NCBI GenBank assembly: GCA_032718475.1 | Contig: JAUCBJ010005556.1 | Location: forward strand, 1 to 41,886 | Source of the DNA: Nemertoderma westbladi | Lineage: Eukaryota; Animalia; Xenacoelomorpha | Reading direction: 5' to 3' | DNA: 41,886 nt | Part shown: positions 10,915 to 23,634 of the stretch, in pieces | Numbering within the stretch: the stretch's first letter is position 1 | Layout: every line of letters begins with the position of its first letter | Made by a program: the position numbers and the translations under genes | Notes under the pieces: generated by a model | What the model was told of the DNA's origin: nothing | The model's database searches: none | Seen by the model: the letters and a program-made list of their open reading frames with translations, nothing else

Positions 10915-11273
10915 CGGTGTCACAGGCGAATATGCTTGTTTATGAGATTGCGGTGGTGGGCAACTTCGCCTAGCTCCATATGCCCCATAACGGTTTGTAA
11001 TATACTACTGTACCAATAAACCAATAAATAAAAACACAAACTTGTTACCAAATATGTTACAAAATGCAGTTCAGCAGTTACAGAATGTGCGCCAATACAG
11101 TATCTGTAATTTTGAAATTAAATAATAAATATAAATATACAATATGGTAACTAAATATAATATTATAATCTCATCTTTTAGTTGGGTTTGGTAACGGCTA
11201 TTCCTAGAGAGGGTAATCGGGGTGATATGATTTTAAAACAAAAATAAAGTACCGTAGAGTATAATATACTTTT

Positions 11274-11440
11274 AAAACTAAAATCTTATTTTCTAAAATT
11301 AAAATCTTATTTTCTAAAACTAAAATCTCATTTTCTAAAACTAGAATCTTATTTTAAAACTACTGTAGAATCTTCTGTTAAAACTAGGATCATTTTTTTT
11401 AACAACAGTAGAATCTTCTTTTAAAACTAGAATCTTCTTT
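11274..11440. repeat. ~21-bp AT-rich minisatellite
   Basis: aaaactaaaatcttattttct recurring at a 21-bp period (aaatct at 11281, 11302, 11323), degenerating rightwards. Confidence 0.8.
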
Positions 11441-12228
11441 GGATGGAAACCTGGTTTAGCATTACCCTAACCTCATACAGTACAATCATACGCATTAAAG
11501 ACTGATTGATCTTAATTGCTTGCAGTTTATGAACTGCAGTACATATGTTTACATACAGATACCGGTGCCGTCGGGGGTGACCCCCTAGGACCAAATCTGC
11601 TAACCAAATATAATATTCTGCAAATCGTTTAATGTTCATAGGAAAATTAGCCTCTTTCAGTCTGTAAGACAATAATTTTCTTTCGCGGACCCAACAACAA
11701 TTCTACAAATCCAAAGAATATACTCCAATAGTTTTTATGGCAACGGTCTATGGGATCTCTGGTCACCTGAATATCTCAGGTTAGCTGCCTCCTGGAATCG
11801 TAATATCCGCATGTAATATGGACTTCCTTACAACAGCAATTGCTTTATAACAGAACAACTTACTACGTTTCCCCACATAATGATTATGCTTTGCAGCCGT
11901 TTTATTGCTTTCGCAGACTCTTTACTATGCAGTAACAAAGGAGCTGTGTAAGATTTCTGGCAAATATCTCTTTCAATGATTGTAAATCTAGGAGTACAGT
12001 AGTGGGAAAAATTTGCGACGTATTGGCAACAAATATGGTGAACAACCTTAAGAGTTATTATAGGCCAAATCGTCAAACATCGTCATTGGTTTGTATGATA
12101 TACCGCGGGGCAAGGAGTGGACACTGGATGTACAGTAGTTAGGGACGTTAGAGGGGGACACCAGGTTTCGAATCTTTCGAATTAAATAATATTCCTTCGT
12201 GGGTATCTACCATTTACATAAGGTGCTC

Positions 12229-12555
12229 GTTTATTGTTTTGGTTAGAAAAGCCCGCCATTGTAACCTGCTCCTTTCCCTAAATTGGTAGTGTTATCGTTT
12301 ATTGTTTTGGTTAGAAAAGACCATCTATGTAACCTGCTCCTTTCCTTCATTTGGTAAAGTGACTGTTTATTGTTTTGGTTGGAAAGCCCGCCTCTGTAAC
12401 CTGCTCCTTTCCTTCATTTGGTAAAGTGATTGTCTATTGTTTGGTTAGAAAATCCCGCCTCTGTAACCTGCTCCTTTCCCTCAATTACTTAAGTGATCGT
12501 TTATTGTTTTGGTTAGAAAAGCCTGCTTCGTAATCTGCTCATTTCCATCAATAGG
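12229..12555. repeat. ~67-bp minisatellite, 5 copies
   Basis: gtttattgttttggttagaaaagcccgcc..tgtaacctgctcctttcc.. starting at 12229, 12297, 12365, 12432 and 12499. Confidence 0.85.
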
Positions 12556-12702
12556 GAATTGTTTTTGGCTATAAATTGAGTGTTTTGCTACGTCATATGG
12601 TAATCGATTATCGACAACAACCACAAACTATTAAATTTAGAGTTTTTTTGAACAGGCGCATATGGAAATCTATCTTATACATGTAGTCTATAAATCATGG
12701 AA

Positions 12703-13612
12703 TTTTGAATGTTTTGCCACAATTATTGTAAATTAAACTGTCTGACAGTCAAGAAATCAACAAATTTTTAATGTTTTGGCACAGGCATAGTTAAATCAAC
12801 TGTCCGACAGTCCAGACATCAACGAATTTTGAATGTTTTGGCTAGTATCGGCATGCTGCATTGCAGCTGCATTTTTAAGAATGCTGTGCCGGCTTGTCGA
12901 CAAAATTGCGCCGCCACAACTCCCTATCACCCATGACATTTGCTAGATCATTCGCATCTTCAAGGCCAGTGTACTTTAAGATGCGACTCAAGAAAGTCAT
13001 GGGCTGTCCACCATGATTATTCACTCCATGAGGCTGCCAAAGTACAAGATTATGCACTGGCTGGTCTTCACGGCGAAAGCAATGTCCTGCAAAGCGGAGG
13101 CGATTTTGTTCTAGTGTCAAGCTTGGGGGAACCAATGAGACACCTCCAATGTTATATAGTGTCTGGTTGGAGATGTGTGCATTGTACTTGACACAATGAA
13201 CCCGGCGTAGCATTCTTGTGAATGTGCCATCCAGAGATTTGGTGTCCTCAGCAGTTAGAGCCCAGCATGGACTCCCATAGAGGAGTACTGGAACTACTGC
13301 TGCTCTAAATAATCGGACCTTAAGTTTCCGATTAATTCTCGTTGACTTCCAAATCCTGGAAAGCCTATTCAAGGCTGCCCATGCCTTTCCCTTACGTATT
13401 CGAAGGTCCTCACCTGACTTCCGGATCAATGATCCCAGGTAACAGAAGTCGTCCACATGCTCAAGCATACCATCCTTTGAGCTTATGCTCATACGATCAG
13501 AGACTTGCTGAGAACTTTCAAAGTTAACTGTAAAAATGTTGGTCTTTCTGGAGTTTTGTCAATGTTTTGGCACAGGCATGTTGAAATCAACTGTCTGACA
13601 GTCCAGAAATCA
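12703..13612. repeat. 62-bp tandem repeat split by LINE copy 2
   Basis: Units start at 12703, 12765 and 12827; the third unit resumes at 13561 (aatgttttggcacaggcat...aactgtctgacagtccag). Confidence 0.75.
12843..13555 (-). mobile_element. RTE-like LINE copy 2 (3' 0.7 kb, 5'-truncated)
   Basis: ORF 12875-13492 is almost identical to the C-terminal 205 aa of copy 1; same 3' end; 11-bp TSD AATGTTTTGGC at 12832-12842 and 13561-13571. Confidence 0.9.
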
Positions 13613-14019
13613 GCTGTCTTGACAGTTTGAAGAAATACATACATAAAAAGTCATTAAACGGACAACAATAGTCATTATGCAGAATTCGTAAAAAAAAGTC
13701 AAATAAACGGACATAAAAATCACTGCCATAAATTATATCAATATCAAGCACTCAAGACGTGAAGACTGTCAATACTACATACATAGGCCTACTTTTACAA
13801 ACTAACATAAGTAAACTTACGTACAGTATGTTGTTAATTCATAGCCTCGTTTAACATTGCCACTGGGCGGTACTTTTGCCGCATAGTTGAATTAATATGC
13901 CACCTTGTCAAGCCAGGAATGCCTTCAAAAATTGAATCAAACTATACTGATAAATAAATTAAAAATAGTTCGTTTAATCGCTATGCACTAAACTTTGTTC
14001 GTCAACATTCTAAACGTTG

Positions 14020-15115
14020 TTAGTTTAGCCGCTGTCCTATCCTAACATTGTTTCCTCAGATAGTTTAACCGCTGACATATTACTCAGTTAGTTTATCCGC
14101 TATCCTAACCGTTGTTGTTTCTCAGTTAATTTATCCGATGTCCTAACCTTTATTCATCAGTGTTGCCTTTGCGCACTAACCTTTGTTTGTCAATTAGTTT
14201 AACCGTGGTCGTATCCTTTGTCCCTCTGTTAGTCTAACCGCTGTCCCAACCTTTGTTCTTCAGTTAGTTTAACCGTGGTTGTATCCTTTGTCCCTCAGTT
14301 AGTCTAATCAGTTAGTTTAACCGGTGTTCTAACCTTTGTCCCTCAGTTAGTCTAATCAGTTAGTTTAACCGGTGTTCTAACCTTTGTTCCTCAGTTAGTT
14401 AAACAGCTGTCCTAACCTTTTTTCATTAGTTAGTTTAACCACTGTCCTAACCTTTGTTCCACAGTTAGTCTAATCAGTTAGTTTAACCGGTGTTCTAACC
14501 TTTGTTCCTCAGTTAGTTAAACAGCTGTCCTAACCTTTTTTCATTAGTTAGTTTAACCACTGTCCTAACCTTTGTTCCACAGTTAGTCTAATCAGTTAGT
14601 TTAACCGGTGTTCTAACCTTTGTTCCTCAGTTAGTTAAACAGCTGTCCTAACCTTTTTTCATTAGTTAGTTTAACCACTGTCCTAACCTTTGTTCCTCAG
14701 CTAGTTTAACTGCTGTCCCAAGCTTTCCTTTGTTCCACAGATAGTTTAACCAATGTCCTAACATTTGATCCTCCTCTTTTAGTTTAACCGCTGTCCTATC
14801 CTAACCTTTGTTCCACAGTTAGTTTAATCAGTTAGTTTAACCGCTGTCCTATCCTAACCTTTGTTCCACAGTTAGTTTAATCAGTTAGTTTAACCGGTGT
14901 TCTAACCTTTGTTCCTCAGTTAGTTAAACAGCTGTCCCAACCTTTGTTCATCAGTTAGTTTAACCGCTGTCCTATCCTAACCCTTGTTCCACAGTTAGTT
15001 TAATCAGTTAGTTTAACCGGTGTTTTAACCTTTGTTCCTCAGTTAGTTAAAAAGCTGTCCTAACCTTTTTTCATTAGTTAGTTTAACCGCTGCCATAACC
15101 TTTGTTCCACAGATG
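14020..15115. repeat. 35-bp minisatellite with a 118-bp higher-order unit
   Basis: Consensus agttagtttaaccgctgtcctaacctttgttcctc; the variant aaacagctgt recurs at 14401, 14519 and 14637 (35+35+13+35 = 118). Confidence 0.9.
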
Positions 15116-15354
15116 TTCCTTGTCTCAGTAATTTAACAATATATATATTGTTAATATATATATATATTGTTATAATATATATTAAAGACTGATAAAAACT
15201 TGTTGATCAGGTCAGGTATTCCAGGTCATTGATCAAGAAAACTTGCCACCCCCATGCAGCATAAAGGAGGTGCCACCTGTGGCTGTATAGACCCTCTTAC
15301 TAGGGCAAATCTGGTCCTGTAACTAGGACCCCCTTCATTCTGGGATAAAGACGC

Positions 15355-16309
15355 TGTTCTGCGCATGTCCTTAGATCATCACAATGATGATGGGATGATG
15401 GTAACTCCACCTACTGGCTCTAGAATTCGAGGAAATCCTGCCAAGTACCTAAATGATCTAGACTTTGCTGATGACTTAGGAGTACTCTCAGAATCACTAG
15501 AGCGAGCCCAACTGCTCCTCAGCTCATTAGAACAGGCTGCTTCTAGTATTGGTCTTTTTATTAACTCCAAAAAGTCCAAAATTTTGACAGTCAACTTTGA
15601 AAGTCTACAGTAAGTCTGCATATGAGCAGATGAGCATAACAGCAATGATGGTATGCTTGAGCATGTGGACGACTTCTGTTACCTGGGATCATGGATCCGG
15701 AAGTCAGATGAGGACCTTCGAATACGTACGGGAAAGGCATGGGCAGCATTTAATTGTCTTTCCAAGATTTAGAAGTCACACAGAATACATCAAAAACTTA
15801 AGGTCCGATTATTAAGAGCAGCAGTAGTACCAGTCCAGTACTCCTTTATGGGAGACTATTCTGGGCTTCGTTCTTACTGATGAGGACACCAAATCTCTGG
15901 ATGGCACATTCACAAGAATGCTACGTCGGGTTCACTGCGTCAAGTACAATGCACACATCTCCAACCAGACACTATATCATATTGGAGGTGTCTCATTGGT
16001 TCCCCCAAGCTTGACAGTTGAACAAAGCCGCAGGGCATTTTTTCGCCTTGAGGACCACTGTGCATAATCTAATGCTTTGACAGCCCCATGAAAAAAATTT
16101 CTTGAGACGCCTCTTAAAGGTCACTGGCTTTAAAGATGTGGATACTCTCGCAAAAGCCATGGCGATGCAACTTTGTTGTTAAACTGGCATATCATTCTTA
16201 ATTCTTGCCAATTGTGGATTGCCTGATGGTGATATAATTTTTTTGTTAACCCAGCATAGCATCTCAATGTGCAGCTTCAATGCAGCATGCCGATTATAGA
16301 TAGATAGAT
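15355..16309 (+). mobile_element. RTE-like LINE copy 3, decayed
   Basis: Aligns to copy 1 from ~8095 (FADD region) to the 3' end, with a premature stop at 15611-15613, indels, a ~60-bp extra 3' segment and a (TAGA)n tail. Confidence 0.88.
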
Positions 16310-16590
16310 CGTTTGTTTTGTTTGATTAACAAACAATAAACATATCAGATTAGAAGCCCAGTGGTTCAAAGTTTTATCACTTTAGAGTGGCGGCCTTAGA
16401 ATCCTAATTAAAAATGTTATGTAACCCTAAGCTAACTCTAATTGATGAGGCTGTAATATATTTTATACCAAAATGGTAACATTACTCAACGCCGTTAGTA
16501 TTAACAGCGAGTTGTTATTTAGCACTTTACAACTTTAGAGGACATTACAGCATTGTATTGGCCTGTACATTTAGTATTGTATTTGGTGAT

Positions 16591-16674
16591 TATTGTTTAC
16601 GTGGTAACCATGACGGCTTAAGTAATGTCCACTGAGGGGACATTACTTAGTCATTGGTTACCACGTAAACAATA
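16591..16674. repeat. Palindrome / mini fold-back element (84 bp)
   Basis: tattgtttacgtggtaacca..tgac..taagtaatgtcc [actgagg] ggacattactta..gtca..tggttaccacgtaaacaata. Confidence 0.8.
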
Positions 16675-16940
16675 GGTGGAAATTTGCCTGACAGCCAGAT
16701 AGGCATACTGCATTACCTACCGGTAGGCAGGGTATAGCTATTAATAACCAGTCGGGCCAAGCTATATTATTATAACATGGCTCCAAACGCCACCATAAAT
16801 ATAAGCTAACTTATTTATAACATAATTTATGTCATTTTTACATTTATTTATACAGCAACTAATTTAATTTGTGCAGTTTCTATCACTTATAATATATATA
16901 CAATCATTTCGAAATGTTACAATTTTGGAATAAAACCACA

Positions 16941-17077
16941 TACATACTTGTTGCAAAGTACTTTACAGTGTTCTGATCCTCGTGGCTTTATTTTCACTCA
17001 CTCACTAACGTTCGTTCGTGTAACAAAGCCACTCGGATCATCACACTGTAAAGTGCTACTTTACACACAAGTATGTA
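16941..17077. repeat. Imperfect palindrome (137 bp), probable small non-autonomous DNA element
   Basis: tacatacttgt..ctttacagtg..tgatcc..gtggcttt mirrored by aaagccac..ggatca..cactgtaaag..acaagtatgta. Confidence 0.7.
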
Positions 17078-18827
17078 AATAGTTATTTCAAATTACATTA
17101 CGGATCACAAAGTATATTATCTGAGAGAAGTTAGTATATGCCCTCAGGTCTCGGCCTCAACCTAATTACAGTGTATTGCAGCCGTTTTCAAAAAGTGTGT
17201 GGGTATGTGTGCAGGGGGGGGGGGGGGGGGGGGGGGGGTGTGTCGGAATCCAATATCAGAATAATATAATATATAACTAGCCAGATTATAATTATAATTC
17301 TTAACTAAGTGGCTTGAATCTTCTGCTGTGGCACGGAGGCACCACCCCACTCGTGTTTTCAAAACGTCCAATATTTTCTGCATAAACATTAACTGTAAAA
17401 CATATTGAATCAATAATGTTGCTTTATTTAATAACTCCGAAGAGTGTGCAGTAAAGATAGTCAAAGAAGAGATAGGAAGCTTACAAGCAGAGATAGGAAG
17501 CCGGTCAATACTGTAGAATATCACCATACTTTACCAGTGGAAAAAACCTAGAGGGTGGTAATCCATACAAAGCAATTTAAACTCTATGGAGTAGGAATGA
17601 ATTAACATTAGTAATGAAGGCCTCCGATGTGAAAAGCGCAGATGTGCTCCTGCATATCAGTTAGAGAGCACATCAAAATTATCTTCTGTACCGCATTCAT
17701 ATTTTCAACTTTAGCACAAAATATTTGATGATTTTACACTTAGTATATGCCTTACACTTAGTCAATTTTCGTCTCTTTTTAGTAAAATTACGCCATCTTT
17801 TTACGCTTATCTACAAACACTCATGCAATATGTGGCCATGATAACTTTGTATTACCGTAAAATATAAGTCAGACATTGTCACGCCATGTTAGCGATTGTT
17901 TAATATTGTATTTGTTAGCATAAAGGGGCCGGCCCCTTTTTAATCACTCTATTAACTTTATGCCCACTTGAGCTGAAGATATCTTTTCTTGGAACTAATT
18001 ATTTTACAGATACATAGTATCTTGCTACTTATGAATAATGTAGGTAGAGAGTATGTCGTCCATTTAATTAAAAACGGCATTTTTGATTCTAACATTATTT
18101 TGGAGTAAAATTAAATGGGTTTAGACATATTGGTAATCTTAGGTGATTTTAAATAAAAAAAACCACATTGTGTTTGAAAATAATGAAATTATGTCGCATA
18201 TTAGGTAGGAAACTATGTATAGAATGGTGTTTCAAAAATCGAATGCCCATATCTCAGCTATTTCTCAACCAAACTCAAATATTTTTACATTTCTGGAATC
18301 CTTGCATGGTCAGCTTTCTAATAGTACCAACAAATCACGATAAGGTCCAAGAATAACGGCAGTGTAACTGGTGAAACACCTTTTTCTGAGAGACACCCTT
18401 TTCAATCGCTTGTAGCTAAAGCTGGACCAAATTGAGAGATTTTCCCAAAGAAACTGCTTTAAGGTATTCATTTCAACTGGCGGAAGTCATTTCAACCTAG
18501 GTTGTAATGACTCCCCAGATCACCGGGGAGTCATTCTAAACGGGGATTCATTTACATATTTTACACCTGATATTACATATAATATACCCAACTATAGAAA
18601 GGGATAATGTACTTGAGAGAAACTACGCACGGCAGCAATATGGAGAATCTGGAGTCTGGACATACTGTAGTATGAGTAGTTCCGTTTATAGTTAGGATTT
18701 TTTATTATATTCATCTAACAATGTTGCATTAGGCGGCGAATTTATTTTGATGTAAATAATTCAACATCATATACTTTGTTCAAGACGAGGAGCACTTTAA
18801 CTGGCAAGTAAAGGTATCAAATTATTG

Positions 18828-21800
18828 AACGGGTTCCTAAACACACCAGCGTGCTAGTTTCGGTGTTCCCTAACGGGTTCCTACCCACACCAGCGTGCTA
18901 GTTTCGGTGTTCCCTAACGGGTTCCTACCCACACCAGCGTGCTAGTTTCGGTGTTCCCTAACTGGTTCCTACCCACACCAGCGTGCTAGTTTCGGTGTTC
19001 CCTAACGGGTTCCTACCCACACCAGCGTGCTAGTTTCGGTGTTCCCTAACGGGTTCCTACCCACACCAGCGTGCTAGTTTCGGTGTTCCCTAACTGGATC
19101 CTACCCACACCAGCGTGCTAGTTTCGGTGTTCCCTAACGGGTTCCTACCCACACCAGCGTGCTAGTTTCGGTGTTCCCTAACTGGTTCCTACCCACACCA
19201 GCGTGCTAGTTTCGGTGTTCCCTAACGGGTTCCTACCCACACCGGCGTGCTAGTTTCGGTGTTCCCTAACTGGTTCCTACCCACACCAGCGTGCTAGTTT
19301 CGGTGTTCCCTAACGGGTTCCTACCCACACCGGCGTGCTAGTTTCGGTGTTCCCTAACGGGTTCCTACCCACACCAGCGTGCTAATTTCAGTGTTCCCTA
19401 ACGGTTTCCAACCCACACCGGCGTGCTAGTTTCAGTGTTCCCTAACGGGTTCCTACCGACACCAGCGTGCTAGTTTCGGTGTTCCCTAACGGGTTCCTAC
19501 CCACACCGGCGTGCTAGTTTCGGTGTTCCCTAACGGGTTCCTACCCACACCGGCGTGCTAGTTTCGGTGTTCCCTAACGGGTTCCTACCCACGCCGGCGT
19601 GCTAGTTTCGGTGTTCCCTAACGGGTTCCTACCCACACCGGCGTGCTAGTTTCGGTGTTCCCTAACGGGTTCCTACCCACACCGGCGTGCTAATTTCAGT
19701 GTTCCCTAACGGGTTCCAACCCACACCGGCGTGCTAGTTTCAGTGTTCCCTAACGGGTTCCTACCCACACCGGCGTGCTAGTTTCGGTGTTCCCTAACGG
19801 GTTCCTACCCACACCGGCGTGCTAGTTTCGGTGTTCCCTAACGGGTTCCTACCCACACCGGCGTGCTAGTTTCAGTGTTCCCTAACGGGTTCCTACCCAC
19901 ACCGGCGTGCTAGTTTCAGTGTTCCCTAACGGGTTCCTACCCACACCGGCGTGCTAGTTTCGGTGTTCCCTAACGGGTTCCTACCCACACCGGCGTGCTA
20001 GTTTCAGTGTTCCCTAACGGGTTCCTACCCACACCGGCGTGCTAGTTTCGGTGTTCCCTAACGGGTTCCTACCCACACCGGCGTGCTAGTTTCGGTGTTC
20101 CCTAACGGGTTCCTACCCACACCGGCGTGCTAGTTTCGGTGTTCCCTAACGGGTTCCTACCCACACCGGCGTGCTAGTTTCGGTGTTCCCTAACGGGTTC
20201 CTACCCACACCGGCGTGCTAGTTTCGGTGTTCCCTAACGGGTTCCTACCCACACCGGCGTGCTAGTTTCGGTGTTCCCTAACGGGTTCCTACCCACACCG
20301 GCATGCTAGTTTCGGTGTTCCCTAACGGGTTCCTACCCACACCGGCGTGCTAGTTTCGGTGTTCCCTAACGGGTTCCTACCCACACCGGCGTGCTAGTTT
20401 CGGTGTTCCCTAACGGGTTCCTACCCACACCAGCGTGCTAGTTTCGGTGTTCCCTAACGGGTTCCTACCCACACCGGCGTGCTAGTTTCGGTGTTCCCTA
20501 ACGGGTTCCTACCCACACCAGCGTGCTAGTTTCGGTGTTCCCTAACGGGTTCCTACCCACACCAGCGTGCTAGTTTCGGTGTTCCCTAACGGGTTCCTAC
20601 CCACACCAGCGTGCTAGTTTCGGTGTTCCCTAATGGGTTCCTACCCACATCAGCGTGCTAGTTTCGGTGTTCCCTAACGGGTTCCTACCCACACCAGCGT
20701 GCTAGTTTCGGTGTTCCCTAACGGGTTCCTACCCACACCGGCGTGCTAGTTTCGGTGTTCCCTAACGGGTTCCTACCCACACCAGCGTGCTAGTTTCGGT
20801 GTTCCCTAACGGGTTCCTACCCACACCAGCGTGCTAGTTTCGGTGTTCCCTAACGGGTTCCTACCCACACCGGCGTGCTAGTTTCGGTGTTCCCTAACGG
20901 GTTCCTACCCACACCAGCGTGATAGTTTCGGTGTTCCCTAACGGGTTCCTACCCACACCAGCGTGCTAGTTTCGGTGTTCCCTAACGGGTTCCTACCCAC
21001 ACCAGCGTGCTAGTTTCGGTGTTCCCTAACGGGTTCCTACCCACACCAGCGTGCTAGTTTCGGTGTTCCCTAACGGGTTCCTACCCACACCGGCGTGCTA
21101 GTTTCGGTGTTCCCTAACGGGTTCCTACCCACACCGGCGTGCTAGTTTCGGTGTTCCCTGACGGGTTCCTACCCACACCGGCGTGCTAGTTTCGGTGTTC
21201 CCTAACGGGTTCCTACCCACACCGGCGTGCTAGTTTCGGTGTTCCGTAACGGGTTCCTACCCACACCGGCGTGCTAGTTTCGGTGTTCCCTAACGGGTTC
21301 CTACCCACACCGGCGTGCTAGTTTCGGTGTTCCCTAACGGGTTCCTATCCACACCGGCGTGCTAGTTTCGGTGTTCCCTAACGGGTTCCTACCCACACCG
21401 GCGTGCTAGTTTCGGTGTTCCCTAACGGGTTCCTACCCACACCGGCGTGCTAGTTTCGGTGTTCCCTAACGGGTTCCTACCCACACCGGCGTGCTAGTTT
21501 CGGTGTTCCCTAACGGGTTCCTACCCACACCGGCGTGCTAGTTGCGGTGTTCCCTAACGGGTTCCTACCCACACCGGCGTGCTAGTTTCGGTGTTCCCTA
21601 ACGGGTTCCTACCCACACCAGCGTGCTAGTTTCGGTGTTCCCTAACGGGTTCCTACCCACACCGGCGTGCTAGTTGCGGTGTTCCCTAACGGGTTCCTAC
21701 CCACACCGGCGTGCTAGTTTCGGTGTTCCCTGACGGGTTCCTACCCACACCGGCGTGCTAGTTTCGGTGTTCCCTAACGGGTTCCTACCCACACCAGCGT

Positions 21801-22658
21801 GCTAGTTTCGGTGTTCCCTGACGGGTTCCTACCCACACCGGCGTGCTAGTTTCGGTGTTCCGTAACGGGTTCCTACCCACACCGGCGTGCTAGTTTCGGT
21901 GTTCCCTAACGGGTTCCTACCCACACCGGCGTGCTAGTTTCGGTGTTCCCTAACGGGTTCCTATCCACACCGGCGTGCTAGTTTCGGTGTTCCCTAACGG
22001 GTTCCTACCCACACCGGCGTGCTAGTTTCGGTGTTCCCTAACGGGTTCCTACCCACACCGGCGTGCTAGTTTCGGTGTTCCCTAACGGGTTCCTACCCAC
22101 ACCGGCGTGCTAGTTTCGGTGTTCCCTAACGGGTTCCTACCCACACCGGCGTGCTAGTTGCGGTGTTCCCTAACGGGTTCCTACCCACACCGGCGTGCTA
22201 GTTTCGGTGTTCCCTAACGGGTTCCTACCCACACCAGCGTGCTAGTTTCGGTGTTCCCTAACGGGTTCCTACCCACACCGGCGTGCTAGTTGCGGTGTTC
22301 CCTAACGGGTTCCTACCCACACCGGCGTGCTAGTTTCGGTGTTCCCTGACGGGTTCCTACCCACACCGGCGTGCTAGTTTCGGTGTTCCCTAACGGGTTC
22401 CTACCCACACCAGCGTGCTAGTTTCGGTGTTCCCTGACGGGTTCCTACCCACACCGGCGTGCTAGTTTCGGTGTTCCCTAACGGGTTCCTACCCACACCA
22501 GCGTGCTAGTTTCGGTGTTCCCTGACGGGTTCCTACCCACACCGGCGTGCTAGTTTCGGTGTTCCCTAACGGGTTCCTACCCACACCGGCGTGCTAGTTT
22601 CGGTGTTCCCTAACGGGTTCCTACCCACACCGGCGTGCTAGTTTCGGTGTTGCCTAAC
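18828..22658. repeat. 44-bp satellite array, 87 units
   Basis: Unit AACGGGTTCCTACCCACACCRGCGTGCTAGTTTCGGTGTTCCCT; phase is kept from 18828 to 22656 (87 x 44); only substitutions seen; no spacers. Confidence 0.97.
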
Positions 22659-23634
22659 TTGTATTCGTATTAGTATTTTTCACTCCAGTTCGACAAATTA
22701 AATTACAATAAACGGAACAGAATATTTTAAATAACGTAATTGCACAATAAAATGTTGGAGGGAGAAACCACCAAGGCAAATTGCTCTTACTGGTGGCGAG
22801 AGTTATTGGGTGCTGACTATGTTTAAAAAATATATTTATTTTAAAAATTATAAAGCTAAAAGTAAAATAAAACTATGCTTAAACAGTAATTAAAGCTCGT
22901 GCAGTATTATAATGTAATGTGATGGTAGGTTTAATTAATTAATGTTGAGCAGATGGCTAAAATCAATCTCAGATATTGCACGGTTAAAAGAAAATAAGCA
23001 GATTTGCACCACACGAAACTTCAGTAAGTCTTATTTTTTATTCATACACCGTTTTACTCTTTAAATTTACTCATTTTAAGAAAATTTTCACCACATTCAA
23101 TACCGTAGTGAAGTAATGCAGAATGTACTCACAATAAAACTGCATCTGAAATTTTAAATCATGATGGTTACGGTCACCTACGCTTCAATGTTACACTTTT
23201 TTTATATTAAGGAAACTTTCCAATGCAGTTTTTCATCAGACGTTTCTTTTTAATGTTATAATTTTGTAGGGAACTATTCAAGCATATTGTTGCAAATGTG
23301 CAATCGTGATATCAAACCGTTCTTTATTGGTTTGGTATTATTCACTCACAAAAATATATAATTATTCTACCGATTCTCCACAAGTTAAGTAAAATCCTAA
23401 AAGAAGGCCAAAATTTATTCAGTTCTAAAAATGTGTTTAACTAAAAACTTTATTAAAAGCCCCCACGACATTTGCCACTGAGGCAACAACGGCCCATAGA
23501 GAATGGCCCCCAAAGGTAAATTAAAAAAAGTTCATTATTATACTTACTTATCATTATACTCATTATTATTATACTTAGTTCATTATATACTTATACTTTT
23601 ATTTTATTAGGAATTGATAAAATTAATGTGGCAA

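Noticed and set aside
11427-12076. Possible decayed transposase in short - strand ORFs
   Set aside because: No motif I can identify with confidence.
18828-22658. CRISPR array
   Set aside because: Units are contiguous with no unique spacers, there are no cas genes, and the context is eukaryotic.
18828-22658. Tandem hammerhead ribozymes on the - strand (CGAAAC present in each unit)
   Set aside because: The required CUGAnGA core is absent (best match CTGGTGT) and the stems do not fit.
18828-22658. Telomere or interstitial telomeric tract
   Set aside because: Only one CCCTAA per 44 bp, never in tandem.
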